A DNA stretch of 64,000 nt from Podarcis gaigeae (Eukaryota), in the NCBI GenBank assembly GCA_964106915.2, contig OZ066920.1, one strand, 5' to 3'. The notes below the pieces were generated by a model, which was not told the DNA's origin, did no database searches, and saw only the letters and a program-made list of their open reading frames with translations. A program made the position numbers and the translations under genes. Below are positions 62,995 through 64,000 of this stretch, in pieces (position 1 is the first letter of the stretch; the number at the start of each line of letters is the position of its first letter).

Positions 62995-63159
62995 AAAAAA
63001 TATATTAAAAATTGTCATCTAAGTTTGTTCTTGCTATAAGCATGCACATGAAAAGCTTATACCAAGAACAAACTTAGTTGGTCTCTAAGGTGCTACTGGA
63101 CAATTTTTTTATATGTTTCGACTGTGTCAGACCAACACGGCTACCTACCCGAGTCTAGA
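62995..63159 (+). mobile_element. Penelope-like pLTR remnant with inverted arm (second subfamily)
   Basis: GCTTATACCAAGAACAAACTTAGTTGGTCTCTAAGGTGCTACTGG...CAGACCAACACGGCTACC, with an inverted arm at 63019-63041. 15-bp TSD ACAAATGCATTATAT at 62980-62994 and 63160-63174. Confidence 0.82.
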
Positions 63160-64000
63160 ACAAATGCATTATATTAGAGGAAATTGCTTTGCAAAAATGA
63201 CTATATTAAGCAAAATTGCATATCAAAAAATGTGTCTATCAGGAAAAATTCCCACCAAAATGCTGATGAATAAAATATATTTGCAATGAAGTAAGTAGAC
63301 TCCAGAGCATTTCATATCATACTGCAAAGGTTCTGAAGATGTCTAGGTTTCTGTTGGTCCTGAAGACTGAAAATTCACTTTAGGTGTAAGTGCAGAATTG
63401 AATGCATTCCTTTTCATAGTGCTTGATGTCACAGCAAATCCTTCACCACAAATAATTTTGAAACTTGATATATATTTAGGAACATTTCACAATATTCAGT
63501 ATTTTATATTCATCTGCTTGATTGTTTGACTAGGAAGAAAGGATGAGATGACTAGTACAAGGACCCACAGATTCTTTCGAGACTTTCCATTTCAAGAGCC
63601 AGAAATATTTTGCATAATTCGTCTTATTTCCCTCCACCCACATTGTTTCTAGTCAATTGCTTTCCCGATATTAATTTACACTCTTTGCATTGAATACATG
63701 TAATAGCAGTTTTGCTGCCTGAGTTCCCACAATACCAGCAAATGATCTTATTTCAGGGGTAGCTAAGTTCTTTTCACCATCATCATAGAACTATCATTGA
63801 TTTATCAGAAGCAGAGGCAGCTGCATGCCCCTTGGGAAAGTTCACAGCTGTCTGCAGCTGCTGCGGTAAATTTCTCTCACAAGAATCCAATGCGAGAAAG
63901 GAAAGAAACTTCAGGAAATAATGTTAACTCTGTCTTTTGTGCATGGCTGTAGTGATGAAAAGCATTACAGGCAACTGATTAAAATATTGGTCTCCTTCCC

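Overview
Vertebrate, essentially non-coding DNA from a squamate reptile. The repeat content (POM-type Sauria SINEs, Squam3-like SINEs, Bov-B, young L2, Penelope, hAT and Tigger-like MITEs) points to a lacertid lizard such as Podarcis; this is an inference. No host protein-coding exon could be identified, and the only recognisable protein-like ORFs are retrotransposon remnants. A CpG-island promoter lies at ~18.2-19.5 kb. It has a + strand non-coding first exon ending at a strong donor (CTG|GTAAGT, 19425/19426), a probable second 5'UTR exon at 41181-41418, and hints of a divergent - strand transcript. The rest is intergenic or intronic DNA with many TE insertions, many with readable TSDs and several nested. 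Notable hidden signals: (1) two identical minimal dimer-type hammerhead ribozymes in very young Penelope-like elements, with inversion breakpoints in two Penelope insertions falling at the predicted cleavage site; (2) a decayed HDV-like ribozyme fold at the 5' end of an RTE-like fragment; (3) a de novo ~145-nt fold-back palindrome inside an old L2; (4) an old ~150-bp direct duplication bracketing a TAAT-rich enhancer-like segment. Family names come from recalled consensus similarity, not from a database search.
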